From Myxococcota bacterium (lineage in GTDB: Bacteria; Myxococcota_A; UBA9042; PHBI01; JAWLBL01), in assembly GCA_041687695.1 (NCBI GenBank), contig JAWLBL010000001.1, positions 259,461 through 323,460 of the forward strand: a stretch of 64,000 nt of DNA, given 5' to 3'. The notes under the pieces were generated by a model. The model was not told the DNA's origin. It was given only the letters and a program-made list of their open reading frames with translations, and made no database searches. Position 1 is the first letter of the stretch. The number at the start of each line of letters is the position of its first letter. This document shows positions 1 to 8,213 of the stretch, one piece after another. The translations under genes and the position numbers were made by a program.

Positions 1-55
1 AAGCCGCCGGCGTTGGGGCGCGAGCAAGCTCGCGCACTCCGAGTTGGCTCGTCGC

Positions 56-1030
56 CTACCGGCGCAGCAGGGTGGCAGCCTCTGGGGCGAAGTAGGTCAG
101 GATCATGTCGGCTCCGGCCCGCTTGATGCCGACCAGGGACTCCATCATGGCGCGCTCGAGGTCCAGCCAGCCGCGCTCGGCGGCGGCGTGGAGCATGGCG
201 TACTCGCCCGAGACCTGGTAGGCGGCCAGGGGGAGGTCGGTCTGCTCGCGCACCTGGCGGACGATGTCGAGGTAGGGACCGGCCGGCTTGACCATGACGA
301 TGTCGGCGCCCTCCTCCTCGTCGAGCATCACCTCGCGCAGGGCCTCGAGGGCGTTGGGCGGGTCCATCTGGTAGGTGCGGCGGTCGCCGAAGGCCGGGGT
401 CGAGTCGGCGGCCTCGCGGAAGGGGCCGTAGAAGGCCGAGGCGTACTTGGCCGAGTAGGCCATGATGGCGACGTCCTCGAAGCCCTCCTCGTCGAGGGTC
501 TCGCGGATGAAGGCGACGCGGCCGTCCATCATGTCGCTGGGGGCGACCATCTGGGCGCCGGCCTTGGCGTGGGTGAGCGCCTCCTTGGCCAGCAGCTCGA
601 GGGTGGCGTCGTTGAGCACCTGGCCCTTCTCGACCATCCCGCAGTGGCCGTGGTCGGTGTACTCGCACAGGCACACGTCGGTGATGACCAGCATGTCCGG
701 CACGGCGTCGCGGATGGCGCGGATGGCCTGCGGGACCACGCCCTGCTTGTCGTAGGCGGCCGTGCCCAGCGCGTCCTTGAGCTCGGGGATGCCGAACAGG
801 ATGACCGCCGGGATCCCCAGCTCCCAGGCGCGCCGCGCCTCCTTGGCCGCCACGTCGGGCGACAGGCGCGCCTGACCCGGCATCGAGGCGATGGGCGCCC
901 GGTGGTTCTTGCCCGGCTCGACGAACAGCGGCCAGATGAAGTCGGCCGGCGTCAGCGTGGTCTCGCGCACCAGCGCGCGCATGGCCGGGCTCTTGCGCAG
1001 GCGACGCATCCGGGTCTCGGGGTACGGCAT
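56..1030 (-). CDS. hemB: porphobilinogen synthase (delta-aminolevulinic acid dehydratase)
   Basis: Start trimmed to ATG of [12 protein letters not shown]; motifs [50 protein letters not shown]. Confidence 0.97.
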   Translation of the reverse strand: MPYPETRMRRLRKSPAMRALVRETTLTPADFIWPLFVEPGKNHRAPIASMPGQARLSPDVAAKEARRAWELGIPAVILFGIPELKDALGTAAYDKQGVVPQAIRAIRDAVPDMLVITDVCLCEYTDHGHCGMVEKGQVLNDATLELLAKEALTHAKAGAQMVAPSDMMDGRVAFIRETLDEEGFEDVAIMAYSAKYASAFYGPFREAADSTPAFGDRRTYQMDPPNALEALREVMLDEEEGADIVMVKPAGPYLDIVRQVREQTDLPLAAYQVSGEYAMLHAAAERGWLDLERAMMESLVGIKRAGADMILTYFAPEAATLLRR

Positions 1031-1047
1031 CTCGGGCCTCTCGCTCG

Positions 1048-2592
1048 CTACGACCGACCGGCCAGCGCCGCCACGATGGCGTCGGCCAGCCCGGCCATGG
1101 TGAACTCGTCGGGTACCACAGCGACCGTCAGGCCGCGAGCCTCGGCGTGCGCCGCCGTCGTCGGGCCGATGGCCGCGACCGGCACCCGCGCCGCCTCGAC
1201 CCCGGCGGCGGCCATCGCGTCCACCAGCGCGTCCACCGCGCTGGGGCTGGCCACCGCCAGCAGCGTCAAGCCGGCGTCCAGCGCCGTCTCGAGCCGCGCC
1301 GGCCCCAACGGATCGGCCACCGTCTCGTAGGCGGTCACCTGCACCACCTCGGCCCCGAGCGAACGCAGCCCCCCGGGCACCACGTCGCGCGCCGCGGCCG
1401 CCGCTGGGAACAGGAACCGCTGCCCGGTCACCCCGACCCGCCGCGCCAGCTCCACCAGCGCCTCGCCCGTCGCCTCGCGCGGCACCTTGTCGGCCCGCAG
1501 CCCCACCTCGGCCCGCAGCGCCCGCGCCGTCGCCGGGCCCACCGCCCACAGCTTCGCCCCGGCGAAGATCCGCGCGTCCCGCCCCACCACCTCCAGCGCC
1601 TGCGCCAGCGCCCGCACGCCGTTGGCGCTGGTCACCACCACGTCGGTGAACTCGCTCGCGATCAGCTCCTCGGCCAGCGCGTGCCCCTCGTCGAGCGGCC
1701 GCTGCGTGGTCAGCGGCACGTGCAGCACCGTCGCCCCCAGCGCCTCGAGCCGCTCGGCGACCCGCTCGTCGCGCCCGCCCGACCGCGTCAGCCCGACGAC
1801 CTGCCCGCTCAGGGGCCGCGCCTCGAACCAGGCCAGCCGCTCGCGCAGCCGCACCACCTCGCCGACCACCGCCAGCGCCGGCGGCCGCAGCCCCGCCGCC
1901 GCCAGGTCCCCCGGCGCCGCCCCCAGCGTCGTCACCAGCGTCCGCTGCCGCGGCGTCGTGCCCCACCGGATGAAGGCCACCGGCGTCTCGGCCGCCCACC
2001 CTCCGGCCATCAGCTCTTGCGACCACCGCTCGGCCTGCAGCACGCCCATCAGGACCACCAACGTCCCGCCGTCGCCCGCCACCCGCCGCCAGTCGACCCG
2101 CGCCGCGCCCTCGCCCTCGGTCCGCTCGTGCCCGGTCACCACCGTGAAGCCGCTGGCGACGTCGCGGTGCGTCAACGGGATGCCCGCATAGGCCGGCACC
2201 GCCGCCACCGACGACACCCCCGGCACCACCTCGAAGGGCACCCCGGCCGCGACGCAGGCCTCGGCCTCCTCGCCGCCGCGCCCCAGCACGAACGGGTCGC
2301 CGCCCTTCAGGCGCACCACGCGCGCCCCCGCCAGCGCCCGCCGCACGAGCAGCGCATTGATGTCCTCTTGCCGCGACAGCCCGGCGCCCGCCGTCTTGCC
2401 GACGTGGATGCGCTCCTGCCCCGGCACCTCGACCGACGCCAGCAGCGCCGGGCTGGCCAGGTAGTCGTACAGCACGACGTCCGCCCGCTCGAGCGCCCGC
2501 CGTCCCTTGACCGTGAGCAGCCCCGGGTCACCCGGCCCCGCGCCGACCAGGCTGACGAACCCGACCCGCTCGCCCTCCCCGCCCGGCGTCAC
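1048..2592 (-). CDS. cobA: uroporphyrinogen-III C-methyltransferase / uroporphyrinogen-III synthase fusion (CobA-HemD)
   Basis: GTG start overlaps hemC stop (GTGA); [36 protein letters not shown], then HemD-like VTSANGV, AVGPATA, ASPSAV, AIGPTT. Confidence 0.93.
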   Translation of the reverse strand: MTPGGEGERVGFVSLVGAGPGDPGLLTVKGRRALERADVVLYDYLASPALLASVEVPGQERIHVGKTAGAGLSRQEDINALLVRRALAGARVVRLKGGDPFVLGRGGEEAEACVAAGVPFEVVPGVSSVAAVPAYAGIPLTHRDVASGFTVVTGHERTEGEGAARVDWRRVAGDGGTLVVLMGVLQAERWSQELMAGGWAAETPVAFIRWGTTPRQRTLVTTLGAAPGDLAAAGLRPPALAVVGEVVRLRERLAWFEARPLSGQVVGLTRSGGRDERVAERLEALGATVLHVPLTTQRPLDEGHALAEELIASEFTDVVVTSANGVRALAQALEVVGRDARIFAGAKLWAVGPATARALRAEVGLRADKVPREATGEALVELARRVGVTGQRFLFPAAAAARDVVPGGLRSLGAEVVQVTAYETVADPLGPARLETALDAGLTLLAVASPSAVDALVDAMAAAGVEAARVPVAAIGPTTAAHAEARGLTVAVVPDEFTMAGLADAIVAALAGRS

Positions 2593-3527
2593 GCCGCGCC
2601 GACCAGGTCGTCCAGGATGGCCCGCCCGCCCGCGGCCAGCAGCCGCTCGCCCAGCTCGCGCCCCAGCGCCTCGGCCGCCTCGGCCGGCCCGCGCGCGGCC
2701 TGCCGCACCAGCTCCGACCCGTCCGGCCGCGCCACCAGCCCCTCGAGCGCCAGCTCGGCCCCGTCCCACACGGCGTGCCCGCCGATGGGGATCTGGCAGC
2801 TGCCCTCGACCGTCCGCAGCAGCGCCCGCTCGGCCGCCACGCAGGCCGCCACCGCCGGGTCGTGAAGCCGCCCGACCACCCGGGCCACGTCCGCGTCGTC
2901 CTGCCGGACCTCGATCCCCAGGGCGCCCTGCGCCACCGCCGGCAGCATCGCGCCCGTGTCGAACCGCGCGGTGATGCGCGCGCCCAGCCCCAGCCGGTCC
3001 AGCCCCGCCGAGGCCAGCACGATGGCCTGCATCCCGTCGACGCCCTCGTCCAGCTTGCGCAGCCGGGTGTCGACGTTGCCGCGCAGCACGACGATCTGCA
3101 CGTCGGGCCGCCGCGCCTTCACCTGCGACGCGCGCCGCAGGCTCGAGGTCCCGACCACCGCCCCGTGCGGCAGCTCCTCGAGCCGCAGCGGCGCGGCCCC
3201 GGCCGGGCGCACCCAGGCGTCGCGCGGGTCGGCGCGCTCGGGCACGGCCCCCAGCGTCAGCCCCTCGGGCAGCACGCTGGGCACGTCCTTCATCGAGTGC
3301 ACGGCCAGGTGGGCCCGCCCGTCCAGCAGCGCGTCCTCGAGCTCCTTGACGAAGAGCCCCTTGCCGCCGACCTTCGCCAGCGCCACGTCCAGGATCTTGT
3401 CGCCGGTCGTCTTGAGCACCAGCAGCTCGACCTCTTCCACCTCGGGGTCGGCCAGCAGCCGGTCCCGGATGTGGTTGGACTGCCACAGCGCCAGGGCCGA
3501 GCCCCGCGTCGCGATCACCAGCTTCAC
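2589..3527 (-). CDS. hemC: hydroxymethylbilane synthase (porphobilinogen deaminase)
   Basis: IATRGSALALWQ, GGKGLFVKELE, AVHSMKDVP, GTSSLRR, LRGNVDTRL. Confidence 0.97.
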   Translation of the reverse strand: MKLVIATRGSALALWQSNHIRDRLLADPEVEEVELLVLKTTGDKILDVALAKVGGKGLFVKELEDALLDGRAHLAVHSMKDVPSVLPEGLTLGAVPERADPRDAWVRPAGAAPLRLEELPHGAVVGTSSLRRASQVKARRPDVQIVVLRGNVDTRLRKLDEGVDGMQAIVLASAGLDRLGLGARITARFDTGAMLPAVAQGALGIEVRQDDADVARVVGRLHDPAVAACVAAERALLRTVEGSCQIPIGGHAVWDGAELALEGLVARPDGSELVRQAARGPAEAAEALGRELGERLLAAGGRAILDDLVGAA

Positions 3528-3537
3528 GCGCCCTCCG

Positions 3538-4965
3538 TCACGGTCCCTGGGTGCCGTCGCTCGCCCGAGGCGCGCTCGCGCCCGCCGCCGCGGCCTCTCC
3601 CCTTGCCTCGTCGCTTCCCGGCAGCACGACCAGCGCGGGCCGCCCCTGCGGATCGTCGGTCGGCGCCGTGGCGTCGGCCCCGTCTGCCCCCTCGGGGACG
3701 TCCATTCCGAACAGCACCCGCGCGCTGGCGACCAGCTGGCTGGCCGGCCCGGCCTTGCCCGCGTCGCGCAGCGCCGTCATGGTCGGATGCAGGATCTTGG
3801 CCACCGCCGCCTGCAGCATCTTGTCCAGCGCCGCCCGATCGGCCTCGGGCAGGTGCTTGAGCCGCTTGGCGAGCGACCGCTCCAGCTCGCCGCGCGCCAG
3901 CTCCTCGGCGCGCTGGCGGATGGCCGCGATGGTCGGCTGCACGGCCAGCTGCTCGAGCCACCGCTCGATGTCCGCCAGCTCGGACGCGACCAGCGCCTCG
4001 GCGGCCTGGGCCTCGAGCTCGCGCGCCTTTCGGTTCTCCTGCCCCAGCGCCTGCAGATCGTCGACGTTGTACAGGTAGACCGTGTCCAGCGCGCCCACCG
4101 CCGGGTCGATGTCGCGCGGCACGGCGATGTCGACGAAGAAGATGGGCCGGTACTTGCGGGCGCGGACGACCCGCTTGACGGTCGGGACGTCGATGATGGG
4201 CCGCGACGCGCCGGTCGAGGTCAGCACGACGTCGACCTCGGCCAGCAGCTCCTCCAGCTCCGTGAAGGCGCGCGCCCGCCACCCGTGGCGCTCGGCCAGG
4301 CCCAGGGCGCGCTCGTAGGAGCGGTTGGCGATGTACACGCGCGACACGCCGGCCCCGGCCAGCGAGCGGCCCATGATCTCGCCCATCTTGCCGGCGCCGA
4401 CCAGCAGCACGCGGCAGTGCGACAGGTCGTCGAAGATGCGCCGCGCCAGATCCACGGCCACCGAGCCGACCGAGACGCGCGAGCGGGCGATGCCGGTCTG
4501 GGTGCGCACGCTCTTGGCGGCGCGGAAGGCGCGCTGCAGCAGGCGCCCCAGGACGGGCCCCAGGGTGCCGGCCGCGTCGGCGACCTTGGCGGCCTCCTTG
4601 ACCTGGCCCAGGATCTGCGGCTCGCCGACCACCATCGAGTCCAGGCTGGCGGTGACGCGCAGCAGGTGCCGGATGGCCTCGCTGCCCTGCAGCCGGTAGG
4701 CGTGCTCGCCCGGCCGCGCGGCGTCGAGGCCTCGGGAGGTGGTCAGGGCGGCCTCGGCCCGGGCGAGGGCCCGGTCGGGCGCGCCCGAGGGTACTACATA
4801 GAGCTCGACCCGGTTGCAGGTCGACACCAGCATCGCCTCGGCGACCTCGGGGTCGGCCTGGACCCGATGCAGGAAGGGGGCCAGCGCGTCGGGCGGCACG
4901 GCGAAGGCCTCGCGCAGCTCGACCGGGGCGCTCCGGTGGTTCAGTCCTACGACGACGAGGCTCAT
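3538..4965 (-). CDS. hemA: glutamyl-tRNA reductase
   Basis: GLNHRSAPVELRE, STCNRVE, SLDSMVVGEPQILGQVK, GAGKMG, DIAVPRDID. Confidence 0.97.
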   Translation of the reverse strand: MSLVVVGLNHRSAPVELREAFAVPPDALAPFLHRVQADPEVAEAMLVSTCNRVELYVVPSGAPDRALARAEAALTTSRGLDAARPGEHAYRLQGSEAIRHLLRVTASLDSMVVGEPQILGQVKEAAKVADAAGTLGPVLGRLLQRAFRAAKSVRTQTGIARSRVSVGSVAVDLARRIFDDLSHCRVLLVGAGKMGEIMGRSLAGAGVSRVYIANRSYERALGLAERHGWRARAFTELEELLAEVDVVLTSTGASRPIIDVPTVKRVVRARKYRPIFFVDIAVPRDIDPAVGALDTVYLYNVDDLQALGQENRKARELEAQAAEALVASELADIERWLEQLAVQPTIAAIRQRAEELARGELERSLAKRLKHLPEADRAALDKMLQAAVAKILHPTMTALRDAGKAGPASQLVASARVLFGMDVPEGADGADATAPTDDPQGRPALVVLPGSDEARGEAAAAGASAPRASDGTQGP

Positions 4966-4969
4966 CCGG

Positions 4970-5770
4970 TCACCGCATCGCGTAGAGCAGGACGGCGCCG
5001 AGCGTCGTCACGAACGCCGCCATCAGCGACAGGGCCGCGCGACGCCCTCGCCAGCCGGTGGTCACCCGGCGGTAGATGGCGAAGGCGTAGACGCACCAGC
5101 TGAGCGCCGCCAGGACGTGCTGGGGGGCGAGCGCGACACCCAGCGGGGCGCCCGGCCCGGTGCTGTCGGCCCAGATGACGCCCAGCAGGATGCCCACCGA
5201 GTACAGCGGGAAGCCGTAGTACATCAGGCGCCAGGCGCTCTGCTCGAGCGACAGGAGGCTGGGCAGGCGCGTGCCCTTGAGCTGCTTGGTCTTGAGGCGG
5301 TACTCCTGGCTGAGGAACAGGACGCTGAGCACGTAGGCCGGGACGAACAGCAGGACGCCCAGCATCGTCGCGCCGATGTGCACGACGGTCAGCGCGCCGA
5401 GCGGCCCCGACGCGACCGGCGCCGCGCCGAAGCTGAGCGCCTTGACGTAGGCGGCGAAGCTGATGGCCGTCGCGACCGGCAGGATGGCGGGCCCGACGAA
5501 CGGCAGATCGCGCCACAGGCGGCCGACGAAGAAGACGCCCGACGCCCCCAGCGCCAGCAGGACCAGCACGCGGGCGGCCGTCGGCAGGTGCGGCGCGGCG
5601 GCCAGCGTCAGGTCGAGCCCGGCGGCGCCGGCCAACGCGGCGCCCGCCGCCGCCCCGGCGACCAGGGCGGTCCGCCGGAAGGGCGCCCGGTGGTGGACCA
5701 CCCAGGCCAGGTACGACGCGCTCGACAGCGCGTAGCCCACCGTGGCCAGCAGCAGGAGGATCTCGATCAT
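4970..5770 (-). CDS. cytochrome c assembly family membrane protein (CcsA/HemX-like)
   Basis: About 8 hydrophobic segments, conserved His, LPSLLSLE, GVIWA, GWRGRRAA motif; usual position upstream of hemA in deltaproteobacterial genomes. Confidence 0.8.
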   Translation of the reverse strand: MIEILLLLATVGYALSSASYLAWVVHHRAPFRRTALVAGAAAGAALAGAAGLDLTLAAAPHLPTAARVLVLLALGASGVFFVGRLWRDLPFVGPAILPVATAISFAAYVKALSFGAAPVASGPLGALTVVHIGATMLGVLLFVPAYVLSVLFLSQEYRLKTKQLKGTRLPSLLSLEQSAWRLMYYGFPLYSVGILLGVIWADSTGPGAPLGVALAPQHVLAALSWCVYAFAIYRRVTTGWRGRRAALSLMAAFVTTLGAVLLYAMR

Positions 5771-5830
5771 CTCGCTCGCTTCGCCGCCGACGCGTCAGGC
5801 GCCGGCGGCCGCGGCCGGACCGCCCGGAGA

Positions 5831-6163
5831 TCAGCCAAGATGCTTGGCGACCAACGAGACGATCTTGGCCTTGGGGAGCGCGCCGACGATGCGCTCGACC
5901 TCGACGCCGTCCTTGAAGACGAACAGCGTCGGGATCGAGGTCACGCCGAGCTTGGCCGCGCTCTGGGCGTTGCGGTCGGTGTCGACCTTGCCGACCTTCA
6001 GCTTGCCGGCGTACTCGCTCGCGATCTCGTCCACGATGGGGGCGATGGCGCGGCAGGGCCCGCACCAGGTGGCCCAGAAGTCGACGAGGACGGGCAGGTT
6101 GCTGCCGAGGACCTCGTCCTGGAAGTTGGCGTCGGTGAACTCGTGGACGTTGGCGCTGGCCAT
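5831..6163 (-). CDS. trxA: thioredoxin
   Basis: 110 aa from MASANVHEFTDANF; VDFWATWCGPCR active site; SIPT cis-Pro loop; AGGAG RBS upstream. Confidence 0.96.
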   Translation of the reverse strand: MASANVHEFTDANFQDEVLGSNLPVLVDFWATWCGPCRAIAPIVDEIASEYAGKLKVGKVDTDRNAQSAAKLGVTSIPTLFVFKDGVEVERIVGALPKAKIVSLVAKHLG

Positions 6164-6194
6164 GGCCGGACTCCTAGCTGGGAAAGGGGCTCGC

Positions 6195-6223
6195 AACATA
6201 GAAACGGCCCGCACCCCGGTCAA
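6195..6223 (-). promoter_or_regulatory. sigma70-type promoter for trxA (and possibly the hem operon)
   Basis: Minus strand TTGACC-17 bp-TATGTT about 30 bp upstream of the trxA ATG. Confidence 0.6.
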
Positions 6224-6276
6224 CGGGTTTGCGGACGCCCCCCCGATCGGGTGGGTGCGCACCTGCGCGGAGCGCG

Positions 6277-7062
6277 TCAGGGCCTCGCCGGCAGTCCGAA
6301 CACCACGCCGTTGTCGCAAAGTCCCTTGGCGCTCGCGTCGGGGCCCCAAGGCGTGTCGCGCAGCTCGCACGTCAGCGTGCCGTCGACGCCGGTCAGCATG
6401 ACGGTCGCGATCGCGCCCAGGGACGGGGCCGTGGTCAGGCGCGCCATCACGGTCCCGCCCGGCAGCTCGAGCCGGTAGTCGATGACCGTCTGGTCGGAGT
6501 CCAGGATGCCGATTCGGAACTGGTAGTCGAAGGCGACGCCGTCCTGGACCAGATCCAGGTCGCGCACGCTGGCGCCGTCGATGCCGGCCGTCTCGGTGAT
6601 GGCCTCGATCCCGTCGACGGTCAGGGCGCCCACGCGCACGCCGCGGTAGTCGAGGTCCAGCGTCGTCACGTCGAAGGACACGGCCTCCTGGCGCACGCCG
6701 ATGGTGCCCTCGGCCGGTCCGGCGGCCCCGAGCGCGCAGGCGACGTCCAGGTCGAAGCTGAAGCTGTTGGAGGTCTCGGTCAGGTTGGAGAGGCAGGCGT
6801 CGTCGACCAGGGACGAGAAGGGGATGGCCTCCCTCAGGGCGACGTAGGCGTGAAAGCGTGAGGCCAGGTCGTCCATGACGGCCTGCAGGGCCGGGCCGTC
6901 CAGGGTCAGCACCTCGGCGCCGGCGACGCCGAAGGGGGTGTCGATGAAGTTGGCGAGCGCGTGCGGCCCGCCGTCGCAAGCGGCGGCGAGCAACGCCAGC
7001 CCGACCGCGGCCGCGCCGAATCGCCGTGGGCGCGCGCGACGCGGGAGGGGGGTGGGCAGCAT
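6277..7062 (-). CDS. hypothetical lipoprotein (beta-rich), coupled to rodA
   Basis: ATG overlaps rodA stop (TGATG); basic N-terminus, hydrophobic core and lipobox-like AAAC; strong GC3 codon bias. Confidence 0.75.
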   Translation of the reverse strand: MLPTPLPRRARPRRFGAAAVGLALLAAACDGGPHALANFIDTPFGVAGAEVLTLDGPALQAVMDDLASRFHAYVALREAIPFSSLVDDACLSNLTETSNSFSFDLDVACALGAAGPAEGTIGVRQEAVSFDVTTLDLDYRGVRVGALTVDGIEAITETAGIDGASVRDLDLVQDGVAFDYQFRIGILDSDQTVIDYRLELPGGTVMARLTTAPSLGAIATVMLTGVDGTLTCELRDTPWGPDASAKGLCDNGVVFGLPARP

Positions 7063-8213
7063 CAGAGCCTCCCTCGGGTGAAGGCGACGTTCAGCACCAG
7101 CCCGAGGCCCGCCAGGATCATGATCGCGGCGTTGCCTCCGTAGCTGAGCAGCGGCAGGGGCAAGCCCACGATGGGCAGGAGCCCCGCCACCATGCCGATG
7201 TTGATGAACACCTGCCATCCTACGATGGCCGACACCCCCACGGCCAGCAGCGTGCAGAATCGGTCGCGCGCGTCGTGCGCCGTCCTCAGCCCCCACAGCA
7301 CGACGATCCAGAACAAGACCAGCAGCGCCGTGCACCCGATGAAGCCGTGCTCCTCGGCGAAGGTCGCCACGATCATGTCGGTGTGCATCTCGGGCAGGTG
7401 CTTGAGGCGCGACTGGGCGCCCATGCGGCTGCCCTGCCCCCAGAACTCGCCCGAGCCGATGGCCCACACGGCCTGCTCGCTCTGCAGGTTGCGCGCCGTC
7501 GCGACGACGCCCGTGTCGGCGTCGAACTTGAACCAGTCCGGGTTGAGCCACAGCCGGACGCGGTCCTTCTGGTATTCGTGGATGCCTCCGTACTTCCAGG
7601 CGACGGGGACCAACAGCAGGCCCCCGACGGCCAGGATGGCGAAGCTCTTCTTGGCGACGCCCTCCCACAGGACGATCGAGACCGCGACGAACGCGATGAG
7701 CAGCGAGGTCCCGAGGTCGGGCTGCTTGAGCACCAGCAGGAAGGGGACGGCCACGAGCAGCGCCGGCACCCACAGCTGCCGCAGCAGATAGGGCCCCTCG
7801 TGGGGCAGCGGCCCGCCCGGCACCCGATCGCGCCGGTCGTGGAACCAGCGGGCCAGCGCCATGACGACGGCCAGCTTGGCCATCTCGGAGGGCTGGAGGC
7901 TGAGGCCGCCGAACCGCAGCCAGCGCTGCGAGTTGTTCACGGAGGTGCCGAACAGAGCCACGGCCAGCAGCGCCAGCACGACGACGCCCCAGAACACATA
8001 GGCGCCGCGCAGCAGCAGGCTCAGATCGACGAGCGTCGCCACGACGAAGACGATGCCGCCCATCAGGAGCCAGATGACCTGCTTGTCGTAGAAGTCGTCG
8101 CCCGAGTAGTAGTCCGAGTTGCTCTGCGTCAGCAGGCTGATCCCGGCCAGCATCACGATGGCCAGCACCGCGATCCAGCTGAACCGGTCTCCCATGGCGC
8201 GATGGCGCCTCAT
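7062..8213 (-). CDS. rodA: rod shape-determining SEDS glycosyltransferase RodA
   Basis: SQRWL, LQPSEMAK, KQPDLGT, AIGSG, LPEMHTD, GLPLPLLSYGG; follows mrdA with ATGA overlap. Confidence 0.94.
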   Translation of the reverse strand: MRRHRAMGDRFSWIAVLAIVMLAGISLLTQSNSDYYSGDDFYDKQVIWLLMGGIVFVVATLVDLSLLLRGAYVFWGVVVLALLAVALFGTSVNNSQRWLRFGGLSLQPSEMAKLAVVMALARWFHDRRDRVPGGPLPHEGPYLLRQLWVPALLVAVPFLLVLKQPDLGTSLLIAFVAVSIVLWEGVAKKSFAILAVGGLLLVPVAWKYGGIHEYQKDRVRLWLNPDWFKFDADTGVVATARNLQSEQAVWAIGSGEFWGQGSRMGAQSRLKHLPEMHTDMIVATFAEEHGFIGCTALLVLFWIVVLWGLRTAHDARDRFCTLLAVGVSAIVGWQVFINIGMVAGLLPIVGLPLPLLSYGGNAAIMILAGLGLVLNVAFTRGRL

